Assembly (NCBI GenBank): GCA_022605425.2 | Contig: JAKIMF020000007.1 | Location: 434,001-498,000, forward strand | Length of the DNA: 64,000 nucleotides | Origin: Hamiltosporidium tvaerminnensis FI-OER-3-3 | Taxonomy: Eukaryota > Fungi > Microsporidia | Reading direction: 5' to 3' | Shown here: positions 39,854 through 51,735 of the stretch, piece after piece | How positions within the stretch are numbered: position 1 is the first letter of the stretch | How the letters are laid out: every line of letters starts with the position of its first letter | Translations under genes and position numbers: made by a program | The notes under the pieces: generated by a model | What the model was told of the DNA's origin: nothing | Databases searched by the model: none | What the model saw: the letters and a program-made list of their open reading frames with translations, nothing else

Positions 39854-42277
39854 TCATGGAAAGTCTGTATTAAATTCGGAATCGAGATAATTGTTAATTT
39901 CATTTGATCTATTAGGCCTATCAGGTTTTCTAATAATGAGCTTTGTCGTTTTAAAATCGTTTCTTTTGATGCTATTAACAGTCTCATAGTCGATATTTTG
40001 ACACACCAGCGCCAAAATTCCTAGATTTTTAAATTTTTTAAAAACTTCTATATCTTCTTTTTTGATAATATCGGTTTGAATCGTTAAAAAAATTGTGGTT
40101 TTAAACATTTCGACATTAAATAGTTTTTTAAAATTAATAAAGCCCCATTTGTGTCTAGAATATATGCTTAAATATTTTAGAGCTTTCATTTCATTAAAAA
40201 TATGATATTCAATTTCTCTAATCATACCGACATTATATATAATCTTCCAAAGCTTTGAAAACTCGTAAACCTCAGATAATATATTTAAATAATCCACTGA
40301 ATGATCATCATTTGAAGCGGTCTGAATTTCTATACATTTTAAACATATTTTTTTTGTTTCAGTTTTCAATTTAGCAGAAATGTATTCATATAATTTTTTT
40401 AAATTAAATGTATAACAACGGAACATATCTATATCTCGGAATTTTAAACTTGCAACAGATCCAAGTCTTTTCATATACGAGCATAAATCTGAATCAACAT
40501 ACGATAGAGAATTTTTTAGAGAAAAATATTTCAACTTTTGATTTTTTGTTTCACATTTGCGAAGAAAGTTTAAATTGTAGGAACAAGAAAATTTTGAAAC
40601 CGAAACTGACGTAATAATCTTAGATTCTAAAATATAAAGCAATAATTTATCATTGATAGCAATATATTTAAAATATATATATTTAATAGTGTGCATACAT
40701 CTTAATGAAGAAAAAATTGAATCATCAATTTCAAAAGGCGAGGTATTATATCCAAAGTCTAATTCGAAAACCTTGAAATTCCAGCATTCTAAATTAATAA
40801 ATTTTCGGGGAAATATTGTATCAACATCATGATTATAAAAAGAACAATAATAATGCATAAATGGTAAACATTCAATAGGAAGTTCGGCATCAGATTTTTC
40901 TATTTGGAATTTTCCAGCATATATTTTAAAGTTTCGAGGAATCGTCTGCAAAAATCTAACATTTGTATGCAAAAGTTCGTAAATTTGACAAAAAACTTTG
41001 CATGTTATATTCGGATTTTTGATTAAAAATCTTACTAAAATTTTCAACCTTTTAAAATCAAGCGAATCCATCTTAAGAGTAATCTTAGTCATATTTTTAC
41101 ATAAACCTAATAATTTTTTTAGTTGTGCAGCATTATAGCTAGATTCGCTTTTAAATATTTTCAAGACTTTACATTTTTTAGAGAAAACATCAACTTTCTT
41201 AGTAAAGAATAATTTATCGACATAGTTTAAGGAACCAATATACAGCTTTTCAGTATGAAATGTAATATCTGAAAAAAGTAATGCCGCCTTTTCCGAAGCT
41301 TCATCAGTGTTTAAAACAAAATAGAGAATATCTAAATTGGTGATTTTGAATAGAAATATCAATGTATTAATTTGGTATCTTATTGGCACTATTTTAAACA
41401 TTTTTTCAAGACTAATATGATCTAATCTTATATAAATTTTGTCATTCGAATCTTTTCCAGTCGAAATATATGTATTAGAAAATAGTTCGACATTTTTAAA
41501 CACTAAATCTGTATTTTCTGCCAAAACAATAAATCTTTGTGCAGTTTTATCATTAAATAATACAAAGTTTATGAAACTTATCCATAAATCTATAAATATA
41601 GACTTTGTAATATTATATGCACAAGTTTCAAAATATTCTTCGAAATTGAAAGTTAAATTTGGATTTTGCATTTCAAACATAACATTTCTTAGCAATGCTT
41701 GAAAAAAACAATCTCTTCGTTTACTCTTTTCTATATCTAAGACTGTAATGATCATTAATATATCTAAAAAATCTTTAATATTTATTTGGCCAACTATGTT
41801 ATCTAAATTATCTATTAATTTTAAAAATAGAAGTACTGATGAATAAGAAACATTCTTTAAAAAAATTCTTACACTTGTATTTTTAGAATCGAACAGTTTC
41901 CTAATAAGTTTTGAGTTTAGTAACATATTATTTTCATAATTTAAAATTAGGATATTTGGATTGTAATATTTAGGTTGAAAAAGAGAGGATTCATATCGTA
42001 AAATGTTATTTTTATAAAGAGTAATCTTATCTTCTTTACCAATAAATACCACTGACTTATTTTCTAAGAAGATCATTTCCAAATTCAAATCGCTATCTAT
42101 TAAACATGGTATACTATTTTCTTCATTTATAATAAAGAAGTTTACTTTTGTAGAAGATAATATTCTGTGAAACATTATTGACATAAAGTATATATACGGG
42201 TATAGCTTTTTGATATTAGTTTCTTTATTTATCCAGAAAAGCTGATATTTGGACATAGCGGCACATATTTCTTTCAT
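39854..42277 (-). CDS. Lineage-expanded family protein: hydrophobic leader, BTB/POZ-like segment, C-terminal LRR-like solenoid
   Basis: 807-aa intact ORF. Leader LYPYIYFMSIMFHRILSS. Residues ~108-185 show a BTB-like pattern. LRR-like units include CKVLKI, MTKITL, IKYIYF, LKYFSL, VASLKF, LKYLSI and LGILAL. Confidence 0.85.
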   Translation of the reverse strand: MKEICAAMSKYQLFWINKETNIKKLYPYIYFMSIMFHRILSSTKVNFFIINEENSIPCLIDSDLNLEMIFLENKSVVFIGKEDKITLYKNNILRYESSLFQPKYYNPNILILNYENNMLLNSKLIRKLFDSKNTSVRIFLKNVSYSSVLLFLKLIDNLDNIVGQINIKDFLDILMIITVLDIEKSKRRDCFFQALLRNVMFEMQNPNLTFNFEEYFETCAYNITKSIFIDLWISFINFVLFNDKTAQRFIVLAENTDLVFKNVELFSNTYISTGKDSNDKIYIRLDHISLEKMFKIVPIRYQINTLIFLFKITNLDILYFVLNTDEASEKAALLFSDITFHTEKLYIGSLNYVDKLFFTKKVDVFSKKCKVLKIFKSESSYNAAQLKKLLGLCKNMTKITLKMDSLDFKRLKILVRFLIKNPNITCKVFCQIYELLHTNVRFLQTIPRNFKIYAGKFQIEKSDAELPIECLPFMHYYCSFYNHDVDTIFPRKFINLECWNFKVFELDFGYNTSPFEIDDSIFSSLRCMHTIKYIYFKYIAINDKLLLYILESKIITSVSVSKFSCSYNLNFLRKCETKNQKLKYFSLKNSLSYVDSDLCSYMKRLGSVASLKFRDIDMFRCYTFNLKKLYEYISAKLKTETKKICLKCIEIQTASNDDHSVDYLNILSEVYEFSKLWKIIYNVGMIREIEYHIFNEMKALKYLSIYSRHKWGFINFKKLFNVEMFKTTIFLTIQTDIIKKEDIEVFKKFKNLGILALVCQNIDYETVNSIKRNDFKTTKLIIRKPDRPNRSNEINNYLDSEFNTDFP

Positions 42278-42789
42278 TAACTAATTTAAAAATATTTTTT
42301 GATTTCCGATAAAAACCCTTAAATTAAATTTGATGAGATTAAAATGTCTTCAAATAGTCAGAATTATTGATAAAATTAATTAATATAAAGTGATCTTGCT
42401 TTATAGCCTTAGAATATTTTCATTTATTCCTTAAGCAACCTATTCATTAATTAATTATAAAGAATTGCAAGAGTTATCAAAAACTTTCGTCATATTCTAT
42501 TATACTATTATGCAACCATGGCTGATGGAGGAAAGAATAACCACAATAAGCACCATTTGCCTGTAATAAATAAGTTATGTTGATATAGAAAATCATCGCT
42601 TTGGTTTTTGGAGAGCAGAAAGCGATTCTAAATTCTGGTTTTTCCGGTGAGATTTGCACAAAAAGAAGCAGATCTACAAAAATGAAACCTTTTCTACAAA
42701 CCTAGTTTGTATTTTTAATGTAACTAAATTGTAAATCACGATCGAAGTTTTAGGGAATTTCCATGTACAAACAGTTAACCATATGAATA

Positions 42790-43030
42790 TTCACCCAGTT
42801 TATAAGACTTAAAACATCAGAAATAGAATAGCCTATCATTTAAAAAGCCAAAAATTGTAATTAGCAAATCATACAAGTTGGATATGGAATTTTAACTTCT
42901 AGATTAACCTAAGATAACAAAAAGAGATATATCTTACATGAAGTTTTTTTTCCATTGGAAATTGTATAGTAATTAGAAAGGCCGCATCGTCTTGGGTGAG
43001 CCTAAGGCTGGTGTCGATGAACGATGAATT
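42790..43030 (+). mobile_element. Possible decayed RTE 3' end
   Basis: GAGCCTAAGGCTGGTGTCGATGAACGATGAAT resembles the RTE/family B tail, with weak RTE C-terminal-like sequence upstream. Confidence 0.3.
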
Positions 43031-44639
43031 TAAACTAAAAACATCAACTAACACCGAGAAGCACCCTCATATTTAACCTAGTTTTACACACGTTGTAGAT
43101 TATACCATTTGAGCCGTACGTATCTTAAGGGATTTCGATTGTGTTTTGGGAAGCAGTTATGTATGATAAGCCTAGAGCTGGTTCAAGTCATGAAAAAGAA
43201 TTTAAAATATGATAAAAATAAAAATAAAAATGATGAGATACTAAAATAAATGATAGAGCAAAAAATAAAAAAATGAATTAGCTTCAAAAATATTTTGAAT
43301 TGATTTTAATACCTTTGGATTTTATATATCTCTAATATATGCGTTTTTTATTTTATAGACAGATAAAAAATATTTTTTTTTTCGAATTTGGAATACGTAA
43401 AAAAATTGTTAAGTACAAAAAATCGATCTTTAAAAAAATTTCCATCATTAAAAATTAAAATTTACAATTCTTAATCGGCTTTTAAAAAGTCAGCCTTTTT
43501 TATTTGATCTAGAATTATGCGTTAAAAAGGCACACAGCTTCTAACATCAGAGATTTAACATACTATATCTACAATATATAAGATTATTTCACAAATATCT
43601 AGAAAATCAGACTTTTTTAAAAAAAAATTGTTTCAGAAAAAAATTAGCTGAAATCGAATATTAGCTTAAAAAATATAAGTCACTTTCTTTGATATATTTT
43701 AAATGTATTTTTATAGTTCCTGAGATCAAAAATAGAATCGAAATATAATATCTATTATTATTAATATTTAGGATTTTCTAAATTGAAAGAGTTATTTTTT
43801 TTAATTAGAAAGAGACAAATAAAGCTCTGATTAAATATTAAAACTCAATCTAATTTATAGTCGAGTCTAATTTATACATCAGTCTGAATAAAGGTATAAA
43901 AAATTATTTTCTTTAGAGAAAATGACAAAATATTCTAAATTTAAATTTTTATAAGTCTTTATATATATCCAATGAGTTCTTTTACTCTATTCTATTTTAT
44001 AACCGATTTACAGTAAAACAAAGTGAAATTTTTGATATATGAATGCATCTGAATTTTTATTATATGCTTAAAGACATACCGTGTTGAGGATGTTTGGACT
44101 AAAGTAGTTCTTCATTTAAATTATCAGTAGTAATTTAGCACAATTAAAGGAAGAAGATATTTTAATAAAATCCAATAATGCATATTTTTGCAAAGATAGG
44201 CGCTCTGATTACGGTGTTAAAATTTTTTTAAAAAAAACATATACATATGTATGTTAGATTTTATAAGATCAAAATTCTAACTTTGATTTTTTTTCGACGT
44301 TTATGTAATATTTTGTGTAAAACCAATCGAAGTTTATTATGTTTTTGGTTGCTTTATAAACATTGATAATATTTTCCAAATATTTTGTACATTTGATATG
44401 CAAAAAAATACAAACGAGAAAGGTTTAGATATAATTAACTTTAATTAAGAATCTACTTGTTTTAAAGAGTATGATTTCTTGACTCAACTAAACTCATTAA
44501 AATTGATAAAAATAAACAAAGATGCCATGAAATTTGGCATCATTTCTTCAAAAAAAGAAGCATTTTTTCACATAAAAAAGCCAAAACCTGGTATATTTTT
44601 GTTGGAAATTTGCAAAAAATCTATAAATTTAATACTATA

Positions 44640-44868
44640 ATTACTTGCTTTTCCATTCCATTCCTCTTTTACCTCTCGGTGTCGAGGATGAACAATTGGA
44701 AATTTTCTAATCGTTTCTTTTAATCTGTTGTTACTCGGGATTATAGGGAATCGGCCTATAGATCCAATGTGGTTTATATCCCACCAAAATATGAACAAAT
44801 ATTTTCACATAATTTCACACAGTCATTGACAACCACATAGTTTTTGATGTGGTTATCCTCTCTCCACC
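44640..44868 (-). mobile_element. Family A non-autonomous retroposon, copy 3
   Basis: Reverse strand GGTGGAGAGAGGATAACCACATC..GGATCTATAGGCCGATTCCCTATAATCCCGAG..CATCCTCGACACCGAGAGG. No clear TSD. Confidence 0.9.
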
Positions 44869-45904
44869 TTTGGTATAACAACGAATTATATATGATTTTG
44901 AACCAAAAGCACTAAAATATACCCTTAAAACATCTGGTTTTCTAATTTTTTTAATATCAATAACATTAGACCATAATTGAACTAAAAATATTCTTATTAA
45001 TAAATATTTTCGAAAAGAAAAAAATAATTCAAAAGTATATTTTTTAGTCCTTAAATATATTCGTAGGAAGGCACTGAAAAATACACAGATGTATTCAAGA
45101 CGGCTTGCTATAGTAGCAAGTATCGGGCAATAAAAAAGCAACAAAATTTCAAATGAAAAAATATTTTATAATTTTAAAAGTGAAATGACTTTACCATCGG
45201 TTTGACAAGCTAATTATAATTTTAGATAAAAAAAATCCGAAGTAAAGGTTAAAAAAATATAGGAATACTACCAAAACTCCACATTAAAAGAGTCTACTTT
45301 TTATTATATTCTATAAGAGACTGATAATGGTTGATTAATCTCAATATATCTTGGATATACTTTCAAACAACGTGGGTAGTATTTTTACTGATTATAAATT
45401 AGAAAGTATAATTAATTATATTAAACTATAAAAACGAACTAAGAGATGCAACAAATAAATTTTGATTAATGTATTTTAAATAGTGAAAAAATCTGTGTTA
45501 TTTACAGAAAAAATGTTTTGTTTTTAAATAGAAATGTATACTTATTAATTTTATAGACAAATCTTGAGTTGTTTTGAATAATATAGTTTCGACTGTGTTT
45601 TAAGAAATTGACTTGAGATATTTTTTTAAAAAATACCTCTCAAGAAAACATGAAGTTGGCTTTTTAGGCGAAATTTAGTTTCATCATCAATCTACCGTGT
45701 AAAATTTTGAATAAATCAAATTTATAATTAGAAATAAATTACGAAACATGATCTCGATAAAGAATTAGACAGAAAACATTACGAAACCGAAAAATAAATT
45801 TTAATTGGGTAACATATCATATATATAGATAAAAATTATATAAATTTTAAAGATATTGTGATAATTGTCAAAATTTAGTGTCATTAAAAAACGATAAATT
45901 TATT

Positions 45905-46507
45905 TTAGAAATTTATACATGTTAACTTTGTGGTAATACAACTCAAAACACATTTGAGTGTAGATGTTTTCTTTGTTGGTGAAGTTCTATCAATTGTGAC
46001 ATTTCCTGTAATTTTTTCAAATTCATCAACTATATTGTAAAACGATTGATTTGGTATATGTGTTCTATAATCTAAGATATCAAGTATAGTACGTTCATAT
46101 GCATTAAGATTACTTATAGGTATTCCGCTCACTTCTGCCCAGCAATAATTTGTATAAACAGTATCTAAGAGATGTTTACATGCTATAATAATACTAATTA
46201 CAAATAAATTAAAATCATTTTCCGTTGCTTGGAGCGCAACCTGGCGTTTCTTACCTACCAAATACTTAGTTACATTACATGTAACAAGATTATCCAATCT
46301 CTTAAGATATAAAGCATATCTTCTTCTAACCTTCTTAAAATAATATATTGCACTTAAAATTACACTTAATTTTGTCTTGCTTTTATGAAGGATTAATGAT
46401 ATCTTTTCCAATATAAGCTTATCTCGGAATATTACAACAATATAGTTTTGAACTTTGATCCAAATTTCTTTTTTCTTTGCTGCTTCTTCGTGTATATTTA
46501 TAATCAT
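45905..46507 (-). CDS. Pho80/Pcl-family (Pho85-type) cyclin
   Basis: Cyclin box LSAIYYFKK...LFVISIIIACKHLLDTVYTNYCWAEVSGIPISNLNAYERTILDILDY. First ATG is at 46507; the ORF track starts at an upstream TTG. Confidence 0.88.
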   Translation of the reverse strand: MIINIHEEAAKKKEIWIKVQNYIVVIFRDKLILEKISLILHKSKTKLSVILSAIYYFKKVRRRYALYLKRLDNLVTCNVTKYLVGKKRQVALQATENDFNLFVISIIIACKHLLDTVYTNYCWAEVSGIPISNLNAYERTILDILDYRTHIPNQSFYNIVDEFEKITGNVTIDRTSPTKKTSTLKCVLSCITTKLTCINF

Positions 46508-47475
46508 TTTTATTAACAATCTTATTCCTTCGTCTTAATTCTTAAATTGTTTTTTTTCTAAAAGGAGTAAAGGAGTTAATTCAATTTATCGATTTTTCTT
46601 ATATTGATAAGATTTCGAGTAAAAAATTGTTTTAAAAGATTTTAGAACAAATCAGAAGCCATGTTTAGTGATTGATAAGTAACAGATAAATTACGTGGTA
46701 ATAAAAATGATAAAAGATAAGAAATGCCCTATTTATATAATTTAATAATTAAAATTCATTAATATTGAAAATATTTATTAAAAACCGATTTTTAGAGTTT
46801 AAAAAAAATATTTAGAATTTGTTTTATAGAATGAATTTACAAATATAGATGAAGTATTTATAGATTTTTAAATAGACTTACTTCTATAAATATTTGAAAA
46901 AATCGTATTGGTTTTTTATGAAACAAAAATACAAAATGTCATTTTTGCAAAAAATGATTTTTAGCTTATGAATAAAAAAATTATAAACTGTTTGAAATGA
47001 TTTGAATCCTTAATTTTTTTAGAATATATATATAAATTTCGAGACCAAACTTCTTTAAATTTACGGTAATACATTTATGATTTTTATGGTTTGAAAAATT
47101 ATATTTAAACATACATCAGTTATTAAATCATGATTGATATTACTAAAACAAATTTCACATTTCAATCGTTTATTTTAAGACGCCGTTTCATACTAATATG
47201 TAAAAAATAATTCAGTAATTATGTAATTACAATATAAAGTATTGGTTTTTCCATATAAAAATTTGACTCGGAATATATCAAATAATAGATTTTTAATTTC
47301 TTTTATTTTAACAGATTTTTTGTGAATAATAAAAAATTTGATATAATAGAAAATAATATATGAAAAAAAGGAAGAATTTTTGTGAACCGGAATTTTTTTA
47401 ACTAGGAATTGGTTTCGAAATTTTAGAGAATCGTTTTTTTGTTTATTTGAATTTATAGTTCTTTAGAAGTAATTT

Positions 47476-47719
47476 GTTCATTCATTCATTCTCGAAACTA
47501 CAGCTCTGTACAAGCCTTGGCTTCTTTCAGTAATGAAGCCTACCTGTCTCTTTTCAGTGGGTTGTTCGTTTACTTTTTTGGGTTTCGTAACAAAATGGTT
47601 TTAATCAATGGGTAGTCCGCCCTATCCCTAACCCCAACCAGGAAGACCAATACCTTTTAGTCGCCTCTTACGCCAAGCAGAGAATACAACAAGTCGATTC
47701 TGCTTGACGTGTGAGTAGG
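47476..47719 (-). mobile_element. Family B non-autonomous RTE-derived retroposon, copy 1
   Basis: Reverse strand CTGCTTGGCGTAAGAGGCGACTAAAAGG..GGTTGGGGTTAGGG..GTTACGAAACCC..CCAAGGCTTGTACAGAGCTGTAG..(TGAA)n. TSD TAGAAGTAATTT at 47464-47475 and 47720-47731. Confidence 0.9.
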
Positions 47720-47839
47720 TAGAAGTAATTTTTTAGTCGATTTTATTCTGAAAGATTTTAAAAATACAACTTTCGTTGCTTTTTGTTCCTAAATTCAATA
47801 TAAATTTAAAATACTCACATTTAGGGATCAAGTTTTATT

Positions 47840-48015
47840 CCGAAAGTCGAAGATTTTCTGGCCGCACCAAAAACTAAATAGTTATATGAAGTTAAAAAGA
47901 TTACAGTAACTTTGATATGGACGAATTGAAAAGAATGGCGCTTGATCGTGATAGGTGGAAGTTTATAGTAAACGAGGCTAAGGCTTTTAATACGCTGTAA
48001 AGCTACTAAGTAAGT
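47840..48015 (+). mobile_element. 5'-truncated RTE-clade LINE 3' end
   Basis: Encodes KRMALDRDRWKFIVNEAKAFNTL*, the typical RTE terminal W..A.DR..W motif, with a GR(P)K-like remnant upstream and a TAAGTAAG tail. Confidence 0.75.
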
Positions 48016-50310
48016 CAGATTAAATTATCTAAAACGATCGATATTAAGGTTAATATTTGTTATATCGATGCTTAAACCACGTTAAATACAATCTTTTATT
48101 GGGTAAGATTATAATATACTTCTTTATTGTATTATGGATAATTTTATTTCTGTTTTTGTCAGAATTTTTTTTATCTGATATTTTCTTTGCATTTTTAGAT
48201 CGTAATGAATATCTTAGTATAACACGATTTAACTGTATGTCATTTAACCAAATAATGATATATACGAAGTTTTTCTAAAATATCAGCATCTTATATGACC
48301 AAAATTCGCTTTTCTTTCAAATGTTATGAATCCAATCTTAACTTCTCGCACGAAATACTAGAAATGTTTTAAACACATTCTTTAAATGTGTATTTTTTCA
48401 AAAGACAATCAATATACAATATTTTAATTTTTTTAAGAGAGTTCTGATCTTGAAAATAAAATAAACCAAAACAATAGGTTCTTATGTAAAAAATAAATTT
48501 AAGATCAGTGAATTTCGAACAAAAATTTTGACAGATCAATTACCTTTTTATATAATCTGCTTATCATCGCTTATTTTTTTAAGTATATAAAGATCTAAAT
48601 AAATATTTTATATACCCGTTATACATGTTTTAATACGGTTGATTTTCTATTACTTTTATAAAAACCAGTTAAAAGGCTCAATTTGATTCAAAATTAGAAA
48701 CATTCGAGACAATAAAATATCTTTAATTATATTATAGGTTTTTTATGTATAATCCCGAAGAGTTGTTGTGTCGCATGTCTCTATGATCAAAAAAATGGGT
48801 TTATGATTAAAATGTAACTGCATTTTATCGTATGAAGAGATCTTAACATTTTGCTTATTCCAAAAAATATATTATAAAATATTGAACTAATCTGTTATAA
48901 AATTTAAAATTATAAACATCATTTTGGTTTCATATCTAGCAAACAACTAGTATTTTGCTCCAATTAAATTATTAGTGGTTTTTTTTCAGCAGATTTTACC
49001 TAAGAAGCCATTTTTCAACGAACAGTCTTTATAAATACTTTTTCTAACATGAATCTCTAGGTGAAATTGTGATTTTTGTAGGGATAACAATACATATTTT
49101 GTTTCATAATACATGTTCGATCTAATTAATCTCAAACTGTATTACTCCAGAAAAAATATCGATATTTGCGGAAAAGGAATTATAAATCTTAACTACAATT
49201 ACGTTTCATTTATAATTTATTTAAATATCATTTATGGATCGAATAAATTAATTATAAACTAAATATATGTTTAAAACGACATAATTATACTGATTCATTT
49301 GAATTTCTCACATTCTAGATTTGAATTATATTGTGCAAAAATTTTACTTACACATACATTTTTTATTGCTTACCCTTTACCCGCTTTTACGCATGCCTGG
49401 CGTTCCGGACTCTTTATTTCTATTAATCAGCAATATAACCTGTTTAATTTCCTGTAATTATATTATTAATCTATTTTTCGCTTTAGATATATATCTATTC
49501 AAAAAAATATAAACTTATTATTCTCTTGTGTGATATTAATCAGAAATATACATTAATCATAAAAAGTTTTCTATAAAAAGTATTATTATGATTGACATAA
49601 TAATTTCCGATTATTTAAATATTTCTTAAATTGTATTTGACAAATTCTATATTTTTAATTATTTTCTTGAGCATATTTTGAAGATTTTATAGTTTAATTT
49701 AATTATTTGGATATTTAAATTGGGTGTCATGAATAATAATCAGCAAATACATTTTTTAATAAATTAAACTCATATTTCATTAAAAATACATATTCTAAAT
49801 TTATGGTTATAAAAATTATATTTAAGTGCAGACTATTTTTTTAACTAAATTTAACATCCTAATAATTTTTTGTTACAATAAAGTTTGTTACTTTGATTAA
49901 CATGTAAATTTGCAGCAAATGAATTGGTATATCAGTGAATTATTTTTAAATTCAAATCACTTGATAGTTTGTACACCGAGACAAGTACGATTTAGCTTAT
50001 CTAGATTTATTACGTTTGTTTAATAATATTTTAAATAGTTTAATTTGATATTAGAGTAAAATAATGTGCGTTTTAAATCCGCCTATTTTTTATTCTGTTG
50101 CTAAATTGTGATGCGATTAAATTTAATTTCTATACATACTTTCTATTTTGTTCAAGAGATGTTAAAAAAACATTTATTTTCCATACATAAATATTAGTTA
50201 GTGTCTTTCGGTGCCTTTAATCATTTTATCAAGATTAAATATGATTGATAGTTTTTAAAACTTACTGATAAGGGAATATTTAAATCTAAATCGATTTATA
50301 TTTGAGAAAA

Positions 50311-51486
50311 ATGCTTTTAATACCTTTCAAAACATTAAAGGCTACATCTATATGGATTTTATTGCTTAATTTAATAATAATTAAAGCACAAGAAGGTACA
50401 CATGAAGATTATAGATATATTGATACAGAACCTAAACTAAGTGCATTTAAGAAATATTGTGAATCCGACTATTTGTATTCTAAATACGAACCAGGATATG
50501 AATTAGACAAAGTGATTTTAGTATTTAGACATGGCGATAGAACACCAACAAGAACATATAATAGTGCATGGAAAAGAGAACAGTGTGTCGTAGGTGAAAG
50601 TTCTCTAAACACGCATAGTATTTCTAATTTCAAATATATGAATTGTGAAAATGGTGATTTGACATATAAAGGCTACAATCAAATGTCGAAACTAGGTTAT
50701 TTTATCAGAAACAATTATTTTTCACAACTTTGTCAAAACACATCTGATTTGAATAATTGTTTAAAGCTTAGAGCAACTCATGTAAAAAGAACACATACCT
50801 CTTTAAATGGTGTTTTATATGGTATGATAGGAAATAGTTTAGATTTAGATGTAGAAATACCCAAATCGAGCCTAGATGCACTTCTTATACCATTGCAATG
50901 TAGATACTTGTCTTCCATTATTTCAAAAGAAAAAGATGAATTTTATAAAAGTGTTAAAACTGAATATTTGAATCATAAAAAGAAATATTCTGGTCATAAT
51001 ATTTCTGATAATTATCAGACACACATTTGTAATAAAATACCCGTGAATTGCAAAGAACTGAGCTGTGATATTGATACTATAAAAGATTATATGACCTCGG
51101 CTGAAAAAACGTGGGAGTCACAATCAAAAACACTTCAAGACGAAAGTGTATTGCGATTTGTATTTGGTAGATTCGCTAAACGAATCAAAGAAATCTTACA
51201 AGAAAAAGAAAAAATGCATATTTTTGCTGCTCACGATGGATCTATAACTTTTTTGATGAGTGGGTTAGGTATAGATTCTAGAGTTCAACCATCATACGGT
51301 GCCTTATTGGCTATTGAAATATGGAAAAATCATGATAAGAAATATATTAAAATTCTTTATAACGGCAACCCCGTTCAATCTACAATTGATAAAAACTCGT
51401 ATATTTCCGAAGAAAAGTTTATTAAATATTTAAGTGTTCTTGAATTCGATCAAGAAGAACTTTCAGAAAAATGTAAAAATATATAA
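50311..51486 (+). CDS. Secreted histidine acid phosphatase (clade 2)
   Basis: RHGDRTP catalytic motif, GDLTYKG and AAHD proton-donor motif. N-terminal signal IWILLLNLIIIKA; no C-terminal TM segment. First ATG is at 50311. Confidence 0.93.
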   Translation: MLLIPFKTLKATSIWILLLNLIIIKAQEGTHEDYRYIDTEPKLSAFKKYCESDYLYSKYEPGYELDKVILVFRHGDRTPTRTYNSAWKREQCVVGESSLNTHSISNFKYMNCENGDLTYKGYNQMSKLGYFIRNNYFSQLCQNTSDLNNCLKLRATHVKRTHTSLNGVLYGMIGNSLDLDVEIPKSSLDALLIPLQCRYLSSIISKEKDEFYKSVKTEYLNHKKKYSGHNISDNYQTHICNKIPVNCKELSCDIDTIKDYMTSAEKTWESQSKTLQDESVLRFVFGRFAKRIKEILQEKEKMHIFAAHDGSITFLMSGLGIDSRVQPSYGALLAIEIWKNHDKKYIKILYNGNPVQSTIDKNSYISEEKFIKYLSVLEFDQEELSEKCKNI

Positions 51487-51735
51487 ACCATATTTTTAAG
51501 AATAAATATGGCTATTAAATATATTAAATTGTTATTCTAATCCAAAGACTATTGCTATATAAGCTCTGTTATTTTAATGCATATTCTCTGTTTTTCTATA
51601 TTTCCAAATATTTTGTAGTTTTTTTGTTTTTTAGTATTAGTATGAATCTCAAAAATAGTAAAAAAAATAAATTTTTTACATTTTTATAAAATGTATGAAA
51701 GTAGTTTCGTTCTTTTTCGACTATTTTGAAATTCA

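Noticed and set aside
44660-44700. HDV-like ribozyme around TCCTCG in family A
   Set aside because: Could not build P3/P1/P1.1 in the right register. The segment is better explained as an RTE 3' end stem-loop.
44568-44798. 76-aa ORF (also the ORFs at 51793-51984 and 51863-52126)
   Set aside because: They lie on family A or B repeats and the frames are not kept in other copies.
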